64,000 nt of DNA from Octopus vulgaris (lineage: Eukaryota), in NCBI GenBank assembly GCA_951406725.2, contig OX597828.1, positions 27,900,001 to 27,964,000 on the forward strand, written 5' to 3'. A model generated the notes under the pieces. That model was not told the origin of the DNA. It did not search any database and worked only from the letters and a program-made list of their open reading frames with translations. Positions 37,704-51,089 of the stretch are shown in pieces. Each line of letters starts with the position of its first letter. Position 1 is the first letter of the stretch. The position numbers were made by a program, and so were the translations under genes.

Positions 37704-37907
37704 TAGATATTCAGGTGCATATATAAGCGTACACCTTCATATTTATCAGCATGTCTGTGTGTATTTATATATATATAATGTTTCCCAACTATGTGGTCAT
37801 GGGTTCAGTCCCACTGCACAGCACTTTGGGCAAGTGTCTTCTTGTATAGCCCCAGGCTGTCCAAGGCCTTGGGAGTGGGTTTGTCTGATGGAAACTGAAA
37901 GAAACCC

Positions 37908-37952
<45 letters not shown>

Positions 37953-38059
37953 TACCTTGTATTTGTTTCAGTGATTAGACTGCAGCCATGCTGGGGCACA
38001 ATCTTTAGTCGAGTGAATCAACCCCAGATGGACTTAGCCAAACCGTTGACTGTTTGAGT

Positions 38060-38113
38060 AATCACTACTGATGATGCCTATGAAACAGATGAAACTTGTC
38101 CAGTCTAGTGATT
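38060..38113 (+). ncRNA. Degenerate minimal type I hammerhead ribozyme, probably in a Penelope-like relic (~38028-38285)
   Basis: Stem I aatcacta/tagtgatt, CUGAUGA, decayed stem II, GAAA, short stem III ACU/AGU, GUC cleavage triplet at 38103-38105. Confidence 0.6.
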
Positions 38114-38311
38114 CTAGAGATGGACATGGGGTAATTATCTCCCCTGTCAGTGTGTATATATATATATAGCACTCTTCTTACAGTATTAAGAGATTTTAGC
38201 TCCTATTTCTTATAATATAGGTGCTTCGGCACCCTCAGTCACATTTAGGGATGATAACATTTTTTCTTTATGATATTAGATTTTGCCTAGCTGTTCATAT
38301 TAATTTTATAT

Positions 38312-38723
38312 AGGCGCAAGAGTGGCTGTGTGGTAAGTAGCTTGCTAAACAACCACATGGTTGCGGGTTCAGTCCCACTGCGTGGCATCTTGGGCAAGTG
38401 TCTTCTGCTATAGCCCCGAGCCGACCAATGCCTTGTGAGTGGATTTGGTAGATGGAAACTGAAAGAAGCCTGTCGTATATATGTATATATATATATATAT
38501 GTATGTGTGTGTATTTGTGTGTCTGTGTTTGTCCCCCTAGCATTGCTTGACAACCGATGCTGGTGTGTTTACGTCCCCGTCACTTAGCGGTTCGGCAAAA
38601 GAGACTGATAGAATAAGTACTGGGCTTACAAAGAATAAGTCCTGGGGTCGATTTGCTCGGCTAAAGGCGGTGCTCCAGCATGGCCGCAGTCAAATGACTG
38701 AAACAAGTAAAAGAGTAAAAGAG
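38312..38723 (+). mobile_element. SINE family A, full length, low divergence
   Basis: Best reference copy in the window. Confidence 0.94.
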
Positions 38724-38732
38724 TATATATAT

Positions 38733-38950
38733 ATCATCATCATCATCATCATTTAACACCTGCTTTCCATGCTGTCATGGGTTGGACGGTTTGACTGAGG
38801 ACTGGCAAACCAGGCTCCAGTCTGATCTGGCAAGGTTTCTACAGCTGGATGCCTTTTCTAACGCCAACCACTCCAAGAGTGTAGTGGGTGCTTTTTATGT
38901 GCCACCAGCATGGATGTCAGTCAGGCAGCACTGGTATTGGTCAGTGGCAC
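38733..38950 (-). mobile_element. SINE-like family C
   Basis: (CAT)n tail, ctacagctggatgcc, gggtgctttttatgtgccacc. Confidence 0.85.
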
Positions 38951-38952
38951 TG

Positions 38953-39003
<51 letters not shown>

Positions 39004-39379
39004 GTAGCAGACAAAGGTGAATGAATAGTTCAAAACATCACTACATGTGTTTCAATAGCATAGTTTATTCTCAATATAAATGCATTACATAATGTATTAG
39101 ATAACAAATTGCTGCTGAAGCGTGTGTAATGAGGTTTGAAGGTATCCTTTTGTTCATATTTCCTAAATATTACACTGTAATATACCTCTTATAGCTTTGA
39201 TATCTATACACAGATTTGTAGAATTTCACTCAGGACCTGTCTATAACTCTGTATGGACGCTAAATTGATCAGCTGGATTATTTGGAATGTTTCTGTGTGA
39301 TGTTTTTAACCAAGGAGTCAGAGGGATGCTCTTAAGTTAATCTGCCACAATCTATTTGGTCCCCTCTATTTTACTGTGT

Positions 39380-39637
39380 GCCCATATGTGTCTCTACTCC
39401 TGACTTGACATCATGTGATTGTTGTAAATGAGTATCACCATCATACAAGCGAGGTTGTTGATTTCCATTCTTCAGGGAACAACATGTCTGGCCATGGGAA
39501 ATTTTACCTTACTTGCAAACAGGTGAGGGCTGGTGACAAGTCCCTGGCCTCATCTGTTCTCAGGCAAAATATCTGCCTCAACAAATTCCTTCTGACCCAT
39601 GCAAACATGGGAAAGTAGACGATAAAACAACAACAAC
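39380..39637 (+). mobile_element. SINE family D body and tail (no head)
   Basis: aacatgtctggccatgggaaatt..tctgcctcaacaaattcc..gacccatgcaaacatgggaaagtagacg. Confidence 0.75.
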
Positions 39638-39729
39638 GTGTTCATTCTAGACTTGGTACATATTGAAACGCACGTTCACACATGCGTACACACAATAAAA
39701 CACACTACCCTCACGTGTATAAACACCCA

Positions 39730-40022
39730 CAAGGTTATCAACCACCTCACCAACAACAACACTGAACACCTTTTTGATCTCCATGTGTCTAACACACGTG
39801 GACATGCCTACAAAGTCAGAAAACAACACAGCTCCCATGACTTTCGGAAACATTTTTTCACGCTCAGAGTTGCTGAAGCATGGAATAAACTGCCTGCGTC
39901 AGTTGTTGACTGCCATGACACTGCATCCTTTAAGGCCCTCATGCTTTCCGAAATCCGCCGAAACTACACCTGATTATATATACACTTTAGATGAGTTGTA
40001 GTGCACCTGAGCACTGTACACA

Positions 40023-40050
<28 letters not shown>
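39730..40050 (+). mobile_element. CR1-clade LINE 3' end with (ATT)n tail
   Basis: HLFDLHVSNTRGHAYKVRKQHSSHDFRKHFFTLRVAEAWNKLPASVVDCHDTASFK: typical CR1 TRGH..FF..RV..WN.LP motif. Confidence 0.9.
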
Positions 40051-40055
<5 letters not shown>

Positions 40056-40579
40056 GCACAGTCTACACACATGCCCCATATTTTAAACATTTGCTCGCAC
40101 ATCCTACATGAATGTTACTATTTTCATTGGTTTTTCACTGTGTGTAGCTAATAAGTTAGCACCACACCACAGACTCAACCACACAAATACACACTTTTAT
40201 TGCAAACAATATGAATACAATTAAAAGCAATTATTTACACGGAAAACGTAAGCTGCAAGAAGTTATAATTTTCCTTCTTTACATTTTTTTTGTTGTTGAA
40301 GAAACAAAGATGACCTGATGTTATGTGTGAAAGAGGTATATATCGTGAATATTTCTTCTTCTTACCAAGATATCAGAAAAGTTACAAGTAAATTTCTTCA
40401 CCTCAAATTCGAAGAATGTATTAAGAGATACCATATTGAATTAAATATGGCTAGTTCTTTGACTAACTTCAAGAAAGAGATATTTTCACAGCAAATCTTA
40501 ACACCTTTTCCTTTGAATGAGAAATGTTCAAGTAGATGTAGATGAGTTGTTATATATGTAAACAGATGTAAGTCTCCAC

Positions 40580-41340
<761 letters not shown>

Positions 41341-41809
41341 CATTGATGCAGAAACACTCTAAGATGGGTGTCAATTGAAAACCTTACCAAGTTAGGTGTT
41401 CTTACAGCACTTAAGGAATATGTGTTGGCTTAATCAAATATAATTTTTCTGTAATTCCAGCCAGTTGCTAATCACACCAATCAAGTGATAAAGGAATCAT
41501 CTTTCCTTGCTTCTTCTTATATTAAGAAATGGTGTTTAGTGGCAAAGGAAGTGAGTTCGGTTCATTTTGAATGGAGCAACTAATCTATCTGCATGAGAGT
41601 GAAAGTGCTGGATTTAGATAATGAAAATAGATAACTTATTTATGAAGAACATTGTCAGAAGTTGTGTGTGTGTGTCTGCAATTCTGTGGAAATGTGCATA
41701 TATGCATGTGTTTCAAGAAGGATGTTGAATGAATGCAGTTTTCATATTTGTTCTTTAGATTACAAAATAAAACTCGATCATTATCATCCTCATCATTTTT
41801 AATTCTGTG

Positions 41810-42145
41810 CAGGTGTGTGGTTGTGAGGTTGAGAAGCTTGCCTCCCCGACCACATGCTCCGAGGTTCAATCCTACTGTGTGGCATCTTGAGCATGTGCTT
41901 TTGTACTGGAGCCGCAGCAGGTCAATCAAAGCTTTGCAAAATGGATTTGGAAGACAGAAACTGAAAGAAGACCATCATGTGCATGTGTGTGTATATCATC
42001 ATCATCATCATCATCATCATCATCGTTTAGCGTCCGCTTTCCATGCTGGCATGGGTTGGACGGTGCAACTGGGGTCTGGGAAGCCAGAAGGCTGCACCTG
42101 TCCCAGTCTGATATATTTATGTATGCATATATGTATGTTTGAGTA

Positions 42146-42182
<37 letters not shown>

Positions 42183-42465
42183 TTATGTATGTATATATGT
42201 ATGTTTGTGTGTGTGTGTGCAAATCAGTGTCTCTTTGTGCTGACATTGCATAATGGTTGTAAACCCGTATCAGCATCATACAGAGGTATCTCTTGTTTCT
42301 GATCTTCCATGAAAACATGTCTGGCCATGAAGAAATATTACCTTACTCAGAAACAGGGGAGGGCTGGTGTCAGGAAGAGCATCTGGTCGTTGAAAATCTA
42401 TCTCAAGAAATTCCGGCTGTGGACTTTGAAATGATGATGAGAAAAGTGGACTTTAAAATGATGAT
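41810..42465 (+). mobile_element. SINE family D with an antisense family C fragment (41995-42110) in its internal microsatellite
   Basis: Head 41810-41975, C tail, then D body gaaaacatgtctggccatgaagaaatattacc. Confidence 0.75.
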
Positions 42466-42596
42466 GTTCTCTCTTGCTAGCACAAGTGAGATGAAACTTT
42501 TGAAGTGATCATTTGCAACCAGATGCCTTTTTGATGCCTTCTAGTCCTTATAGTCACATTTTACAATATGTATGGTTTTATTCTGTAAATAAATAT

Positions 42597-42955
42597 CTAT
42601 CTATCCGCTCAGTCGAAGTCAACTCTCGGTTACTCGTTAGATCAGTGTCCTCCAGTCAGTTCTATCCTAGGCTGCTTCTTTCAGATTGGCTATGTCCATT
42701 CTGGTATCCCTCTTGATGGTGTCAATCCAGCGGGTTCTTGGTTGGCCTCTTCCTCTCTTGCCACTGACCATTCCAAGCATTGCTTCTCCAGGGATTTTCT
42801 TCACATAATATGACCAAAATATGCCAATCTATGCTTGGTGATCCTAGCTCCTAGTGACATTTTCGGCCTGATCTGCTTAAGAACTTCTCCGTTGGTGAAC
42901 CTCGCTGTCCATGGAATCTGTAAAAGTCTTCTCCAACACCAAAGCTCTAACACCA
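42597..42955 (-). mobile_element. RTE (BovB-like) LINE 3' end
   Basis: LELWCWRRLLQIPWTARFTNGEVLKQIRPKMSLGARITKHRLAYFGHIM, then LGMVSGKRGRGQPRTRWIDTI; short GATA-type tail. Confidence 0.9.
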
Positions 42956-43329
42956 TGTAAGCAAAATTCTCCGTAAATAAATACAAAGTGTACTTATCCT
43001 ACTTATCCTAAAAACCAAGGTAAAAGTTCATTATCATCAACATTTAATGTCCATTTTCCATGCTGGCATTGGGTGGACGCTTTGACAGGATCTGGAGGGC
43101 TGCATAGCTGCATTAAGTCCTAGTGTCAGCTTTGGCTTGGTTTCTACAGCTAGATGCCTTCTCGCCTATTGTAAAATCTGAGATATACACAGTACAAGCC
43201 AAAAATTATAGGATAACATTTCATAACCTTTCCAATTTGCTTCTAGTATGACATGTGGATATTAATGGCTTAAATTACAGTATACCCAGTTGTCACTCAC
43301 AAGTGAGTATAGCCTGGTAACATGTACCA

Positions 43330-43545
43330 TAGTTACTCAAGTCTCTTCCTCCCTACGGAGCATAGGCCATCAACAACTTTTCTCTGCTGTCCTTTATTCT
43401 GGATTGTCTTTTATTCATCCAGTTTTTATTGGTTTTTGATCTGTTCAGCATGGAAAGTCCTACCAGGAGTTTGTGATCTGTTGGCATAGCTCTCAGGGTC
43501 ATTAGGACATGTGAGCCACCACATCACAACAAATACTGTGCCTTA
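43330..43545 (-). mobile_element. Short bipartite RTE-derived element (5' UTR-like joined to 3' tail)
   Basis: Minus strand ..tgtcctaatgaccctgagagctatgcc..ctcctggtagga.. then gttgatggcctatgctccgtagggaggaagagacttgagtaa. Confidence 0.55.
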
Positions 43546-43562
43546 TAGTGATAACAAGTACA

Positions 43563-43717
43563 ATCATCATCATCATCATCATCGTTTAACGTTCGTTCTC
43601 CATGCTAGCATGGGTTGGACGGTTCGACCGGGGATCTGGGAAGCCTGAAGGCTGCACCAGGCTCCAGTCTGATCTGGCAGTGTTTCTACAGCTGGATACC
43701 CTTCCTAACGCCAACAA
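43563..43717 (-). mobile_element. SINE-like family C 3' part
   Basis: Near-identical to 35490-35607. Confidence 0.88.
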
Positions 43718-44269
43718 TGCTTTTTCTAATTGTTTTAGGTGTCTGTGTAATCACAAACAGACAGGTATGCCTTCATGGCACCCTCATTATTGATCCTGTG
43801 GCACACCCAGGATATAATAGTTGGAAGGGGAGAGAGAGAACAAGAGAAAAAGCTGCACCAACACCGAGTTGATAATCATTTGGAGCAGAATAGACTTGAA
43901 CAACTTGGAGTGAAGTGCCTTACTCAAGGGCATAACATGATGTACAACCACAACATTATATTCATGAAAAGAACACCCTCATCACCACGCCACATGTTTT
44001 TGCTTGACTCTTGATAAACACAGCAAAACACAGCATAAACACAGCAAAGACCTCAACTATCTTCTGTTGAATGTTACTGTTAAACTTCCGTTTATCTTAT
44101 CAGATAAAATTGTTATACTAATTACATTATTTATTTTTAGTATATGAATAAGTAAATATTTAACCAAGATTAGTAACCAACCAATGACTCCGCTCAGAGG
44201 CATCCTGTTACTTGTATGATTTGGGAGTGTTGTCTCTGACTGGTTGGTCATGTTGCTTGATTTTCCATG

Positions 44270-44497
44270 TTAAGTCCTGTATACCATGTTCTCTTCTCTG
44301 AAGATCTGGCTTGGGTGACAGCTCATGTTGGTCAGCCACATGCCACATGGTTACAGTGGATGAGGAAGTATCTCACAGAGATGGAAACTGACTGGAGAAA
44401 TGTTAAGAGGGTTACCTGGGGTTACCCAAACAAATATTCCCAAATGGTGAAGGTAGTGATGTGTTACAAGGGTGCCATGACCCCTTACCTGACCTGA
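44270..44497 (+). mobile_element. Decayed RTE-group LINE extreme 3' end
   Basis: HVLFSED..GQPHATWLQWMRKYLTEM..W.. ending acctgacctga. Confidence 0.5.
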
Positions 44498-44714
44498 TTG
44501 TTGTCATGTCAGTTCTGAGATGAATTATTTGCAACATTATTTCAAGTTGTGACATAATTAAACACACCCAATGAGATTATGGTGTGTAGCGTGCAGAAAA
44601 CACGGATGAAATGAGGGATGGGATGACTTCTGTGTACGTGTGTGTTTGTATATGTATGTGTGTATGTGAATCAGGTGTGGAGATAAATTTTTTATATTTA
44701 TTCACTGCTCAAAT

Positions 44715-45060
44715 GTCGTCGTCATCATTGTCATCATCATTTAATGTCTGTTGCCCATGCTGGCACGGGTTGAACAGTTTGATCAGGGCTGGTAAGCTGG
44801 AAGGCTGCACACAAACTCAAGTCTGATTTGGCATAATTTTCTATGGCTCGATGCCCTCCTTAACACCAACCACTCTGAAAGTGTAATGGGTGCTTTTACA
44901 TGCAACTGCATGGGTGCCAATTGCATGACACCAGTATCTGCCATGACTGCGAGTTTGCTCGGCTTGATGGGTCTTCTTCTCAAGCTCAGCATAATGCCAA
45001 AGGTCTCAGTCATTGCCTTTGTGAGGCCCCAACACTCGAAAGGAACTCAGCCACTTTGCC
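44715..45060 (-). mobile_element. Family C/E-related SINE-like element
   Basis: tttaatgtctgttgcccatgctggcacgggttg..gatgccctccttaacaccaaccactctg..gggtgcttttacatgc. Confidence 0.7.
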
Positions 45061-45099
45061 CCCCTCACTTTGTCTTGTATAAGAATATTACCATAATTC

Positions 45100-45325
45100 A
45101 ACTGTATGTATACATATGTATGTATATGTAAGCTTATGCAGACACACACACACACACACAAATGCAACTGAAAATATTTTACATACACAAGTACACATAC
45201 ATCAACATGTATAGCACACGCATGTACAATAAATTTAAATTTGTGTCCATATATATATATGCACATAGTTATAGTTGTAAATATTTGAATACATATATGC
45301 ATATATATTTGAATACATATATGCA

Positions 45326-45360
<35 letters not shown>

Positions 45361-45380
45361 ATGTATATATGTATGTATGT

Positions 45381-45411
<31 letters not shown>

Positions 45412-45968
45412 TATGTATATATGTATGTATATATATATGTATATATATGTATGTATATATATATGTATATATATATGTATATATATATATATATATATGT
45501 GTATATATATATATATATATGTATGTGTATATATATATGTATATATATATGTGTATATATATATATATGTGTATATATATGTATGTATGTATATATATAT
45601 ATATATTGAATATCATAAATGACACAGCATAATTATGTACATAGTTATATAGGAACGAGGAGAGAGCATCTTTGCACATCGAGAAAGTACAGTCTCCAAA
45701 TGAACATACATGTTATCAAGTCTATGAATCTAACAAGACTTCAATATAGAACTGGCAGAGATCAGCTCCTCCTTTGTCAACCCAATTACTATGTCGTTCA
45801 TTAAAAATTGAATCTCTCCTCTATTAGATTCACCAGTCAATACTTAATCAGCTGTTTTTGAAATTGCTACACAATTCCTGGTAATTCTCTTCGTTTTGCA
45901 ATCTCAACAAAGTATTACTGATTTTTATTTATATGTGAGAATTATGATAGGTAATAATTTGAGGAACC

Positions 45969-46002
<34 letters not shown>

Positions 46003-46522
46003 GTAATAATAATAATAATAATAATAGTAATAATAATAATAATAATAATAATAGTAATAGTAATAATAATGGTGATGATGATTATGCTGATAATAACCGT
46101 GATAATGATGATAATAGCAGATATCAACCTGTGCATGTGTATATGTGATGTAAGCTACTTGTGGTTGCGCTGTAGTTGTGTGTTTTTGTATGTTCGTTGA
46201 TATGCACACATGCACGCACACATGCATGCACACATTCACAGTCATATATAAATGCAAATATTTATACGATATACATGTGTTTTACTGTATATACATACAG
46301 AGAATACAGAGAAGCTGGTACACATAGGCATGTATAGAAAAATATGTTGACAAGCACATACACACACACACACACACACACGTATGCATGTAGATATATA
46401 TATATATATATACATGGATATGTGTGTGTGTGTGTGTGTATATTGGTGTGGGTGTATATATGTATATATATAGATAGATAGATATACGGATATGTGTGTG
46501 TGTGTGTATATAGATGTGCATG

Positions 46523-46555
<33 letters not shown>

Positions 46556-46573
46556 TAGATAGATATATGGATA

Positions 46574-46645
<72 letters not shown>
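45100..46645. repeat. Microsatellite-rich region: (TA)/(TG), (AAT)n at 45970-46115, (GA)n
   Basis: Directly visible. Confidence 0.9.
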
Positions 46646-46646
<1 letters not shown>

Positions 46647-46760
46647 ATAGAATTTATCATTAAGAAATACTGTAGAATGTAATCATATTCATACAGTTTT
46701 AAGCATTCTCATACTCAATGTTAGGTTACAACAGGCTTAATTCCATACACTGCCAGGTAA

Positions 46761-46795
<35 letters not shown>

Positions 46796-47699
46796 GAGTC
46801 ACATAAACACATTTACACAAATACATATATCCAATCACACATGTACACATTCATTGGGAAAGAAAATAAAGGCATGAATTTAGGTGGCCCCGCCCGTTGC
46901 CCCGTTGCCCCCCACCCCCACCCCGTAGCCTTGTAGCCCTGTATTTAACAGTTTCACAACTTAATTTAGTGTTGTTAATATCTTCGAACTCCTTTCGCGT
47001 GGACATAGACTGCTAGGTCCTCCATAACCATCTTCTCTCTCCACCCCCCACATCCCAACAACAACCCCCCCCGTTTCTTTTTGTATTATTTTGTTACTAA
47101 ATGATTTTATTGTCATGTTGTTACCATCCCACAGTATATTTGCCCCAGAGGTTTTATGCCAATCAGCTGTCCTGTAGGATATGCCCTGAATCATTAGCTC
47201 TGCTCTGTCTACAGACTCTCTCTAGAGATGTACAATTGGACAAGATGCTGCTGCCGATGATGATGATGATGATGATGATGCTGGAACCACAGTCTCTCTT
47301 ACTCTGTTACATTGTTTTTAGTTTGTAAAATGAAAGCACTACTGGTGCTGACTTGTTATTAGGGATTTTGACTAGGAGACAAATTTAAATAAATGTTAAG
47401 TGGAGAAAATACAGATTTTGCTTGTAGCAGGCATAGTATTTAGAGTCCGTTTCAGAACTGCCTCCAGCCATGATCACTTGGCTGAAAACTCTTATGCCTG
47501 TTGTCAATATTAGAAGAGACAAATTTTCATTTTGCTTCTGGCTAAAAACCGTGCAGCAAGCCCACTGTTATAAAGGAATATAGATAACGAACGGAGGGTG
47601 TTATGACGGAGTAACAGTGTACACGTATAAGCAAACTCACTGGTTGATTAGTTCATGAGATTTTGTTGCAGTGCATATATGTGTATGTATGTATGGGTG

Positions 47700-47792
47700 T
47701 GTGTGTGTGTGTGTGCCCTTGCGCACATGTGTGTGTGTGTGTGCCCTTGCGCACATGTGTGTGTGTGTGCCCTTGCGCACATGTGTGTGTGT
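47700..47792. repeat. Three tandem units (GT)n-gcccttgcgcacat
   Basis: Directly visible. Confidence 0.9.
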
Positions 47793-47954
47793 GTATGTAA
47801 ATGTTTAAAAAGTTTATTTCATTATGTTTGAAAATTCTTGATTATATATGTCCGTATATGGTCTGTCTTAGTTGTGTGTGTGTGTGTGTGCACATACATG
47901 TGTGCTTATATATATATATGTATGTATGTACTTGCATGCACGTGTCTATACACT

Positions 47955-48010
<56 letters not shown>

Positions 48011-48257
48011 TTTATAGGTATGCATGAGTATATAAACTCATATGTATATACACGTGTTTGTGTGCATGCACACCTACACACACATAGATATATATATATA
48101 TACACTCATGCACGTAGATATTTATACATCTGTCCATACATGAACACACAGACCTGCATTTTTTTTTGTCCGTTATACCTGTTAGCTGTCAAGTCATCAG
48201 GAATCAGTCTACAAATTAAAATATATCTATAACATCATAATTTGTGTACCCATATAC

Positions 48258-48316
<59 letters not shown>

Positions 48317-49654
48317 ATTACACACATACATACAGCTATTCACCTGCCCCACCCCTACTCCCTTGCCCACCTCTCCCCATTTTGCACAATTCTGTTTTTC
48401 TTTTCTTTGTTGTTGTTTTTTTTTTTATGAGCGTGAATGCCTTCTCTTTTGTTACTTAGGGCAGTTGTTTTGTTATCAGTTCAATTTTTTTTCTTTGAAA
48501 TACTGGAGATGTCCAGAAGTATTTGGCTACCGGCTCCTTGTCAAAACCATGATTATGGTGTATGTCATCGATAACTTATTCTTCTGTTTTCCGTCTACAA
48601 TTATAGGTTGCTTTTTCTGTGTGTGTCTTCGGCTTAATCATAATAGCAGTTAGCGCCAACACCTGTAATTGGTTTCTTTTTCAACTGTACATCAACGTAC
48701 AGAAAGAAAGTTGCAATGTTTAGAATTACTTGAACAGGCATCATTCTTTGTCTTCATCTTCCTTAACAATGTGTCTGCTGTCCTTTATCACTTACTGAAT
48801 GGCATACAAAGGTCTTTGTGCTGCATACAATTAGATTTCTTCAACTGGTATTGTGGAATTTTAGCAAATACAAAAGAAGTCAAAGCTATGCTTGTGTTAT
48901 AATTAAGTCAAAGTCTGGAAGATAACCCAATTTTTTCTTAAGTTTTTACTAACTGATGTAGGTTACAGGAAAAGAATAATATACAATATTTATTTTTGTA
49001 TTTATATGGTCTAGAAAGTCAAGGAATGTTGTTTTGGCTTTGTTTCTCTACATAATCTGCAATAAATAAAGATTACTAGTTTGCAAATCTCATTCAAGTT
49101 GTGCTTTATATTGAAAATGTTGCCTATTCACATGTTAAGCACAACCTCTAATATAGGTTAGCTGTTGTTTAATGCTGTATTAGTTTTATCTTGCTTTATC
49201 ATTATAGACACATAATAGTCTGATATTTATATCTCTTTTGCTACTTTTTAACCACTACCTGAACTGACGTTTTATGTTTTTCTAGCATTTTATGATTGGG
49301 TTGCTGTGTACCTAAATGTGTATAAAAATATCAAAAGTACATTATGCAATTGCAAAATGTATGTGTCCAGCACATTTAGTTTGTGTGTGTGTGCGAATGT
49401 ATATGCTTTGGTATGATTGTGTGTAGCTTTAGAGTTGTCTACCTTTACTTTGATAAGAATTATCATTAGCATTTTAATGATTTTTCTTTTCATTACATGG
49501 GTAATTTTAATTGATTAAACAGTTTTCTTTTCATTTTTTTTTTGTTGCACACACACATACACATATATATACATATATATACACAACTTGTTTCAAATCT
49601 CTGAGCAAGTAAAGTTTATTTGCTAACATAATGCGGCAATCCTATACAAGGACG

Positions 49655-49981
49655 ATGTTATTGTCTTTTAGCCCCATGCAATTTGTGTCCATATATAGCA
49701 TTTGCAAGGGAGGGTCATTGCTCCTATCTCTAGCCTTATGTGATACTCACAGACCTAGGTTTCTGGGTGGTTACCCATCCTCAGTGGAGAAAGCCTTCAT
49801 CACTAGCCAGTGATTAACTCACACTGAGGTCGGGTAACCACCCAGAAACCTATGTCTGTGAGTATCACGTAAGGCTAGAGATGGGAGTGATGACCTCCCT
49901 TGCATAAACTATAGGGACACAAGCAGTGTGCCAGTAGCTGACTGGAAAAGATGTTTTCCTGGGGCTAAAAGACAGTAACAT
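49655..49981. mobile_element. Fold-back MITE-like element with long inverted arms
   Basis: Outer atgttattgtcttttagcccca / tggggctaaaagacagtaacat; inner arms 49703-49786 and 49822-49904 pair almost continuously. Confidence 0.9.
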
Positions 49982-50869
49982 TTACACACACATATACATA
50001 TATACACAATGGACTTCTACTCAGTTTCTGTCTACCACTCTGCCCACAAAGCATTGGTTGACCTGGGGTTATTGTAGAAGAAGGCTTGCTTTTGGTGCTG
50101 TCCAGTAGGGCTGAACCTGAAACCTTGAGTTTGCAAGGCAAGCTTCTCAACCACACCTGCATACTCATGCCATGTATACATCACTAAACATTTTAAGCTT
50201 TACTTGCTTCTCTCAGTTATCTTCAATACTTCTCTTCCACATTTTCAACTCATCAGGTTCTCTGTGTACAGTCGCTCTGTTGCTCATCAGTTCAGTGGTA
50301 CATTGATTTTTCTTCTTCTTAAATCCTTAAAATCCTTAAAAATGTTTTAGCCCGAAGGCCGCGGCCATGCTGGGGCACCACCGCTGAGAACAAAAAGAAA
50401 AATAAAGTCAACTGTGAATATTCCATTATGTCATTTGTGCTGTATGTAAAAATGTTGACACAGTGATGGCTTGGTGTTTAAGAAGTGCACCTCACAAACA
50501 CAAGGTCCCAAGCTCAGTCCCACAAGAGTATTTACCATGCGAAACATTCTTTGAAAAGGTTTCTAGTCATTTATGCCTTCTTAATTGAATGACAAATCAG
50601 ATGCAAATTAAGCGTTGTGTAACCCTTGAAAGTCCTGGGATTTTCAAGGTGCTTTGAAATTTCTTCTGAAAAGCATCAGACAATTTTTGCAAGTTTTAAA
50701 TGCTGATGTTGGTTTTTGTTCTTGAGAAATGTAAGTCCCAGCAGGTATCCACTTCCAGAAAAGTGCAGCTTCATCAAGGCTGTATACTTGCTCTAATGTT
50801 TATCTAGCCATCAACAGGCAAAATTTTGAAGTCATTATTAATCTTTTCTTTGTCAAAATATATATATAA

Positions 50870-51089
50870 ATGAGGGGCTGCTGAAAGGTTCCTGGCCTTA
50901 AAGGTATTGCAAAAGGCCTAGTTGGAGGCCCAACCTTCTGAGTTCTTTTAAAGGACTTAGAAAAACTGAAAGACCACTGCAGTAAGTGTATTAATCTGAG
51001 AGGGAAATATGTTTAATGAAATCAGAATTAATTGAATTTCCTGTATTTTCTTTCACCTGAAGCCAGGAATTTTCCAGCACCCCTTCATA
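50870..51089 (+). mobile_element. Mariner-derived MITE retaining the transposase C-terminus
   Basis: TIRs atgaggggctgctgaaaggttcctggc / gccaggaattttccagcaccccttcat in a TA-rich context. Internal LEKLKDHCSKCINLRGKYV* matches the mariner L..RW.KC....G.Y end motif. Confidence 0.75.

Noticed and set aside
38312-38385. tRNA gene
   Set aside because: Only degenerate A/B-box-like SINE heads; no complete cloverleaf or terminator seen.
43478-43495. Partial similarity to miR-31 (tgttggcatagct)
   Set aside because: Seed absent, no precursor hairpin, lies within an RTE-derived element. No conserved miRNA was recognised by eye in the window.
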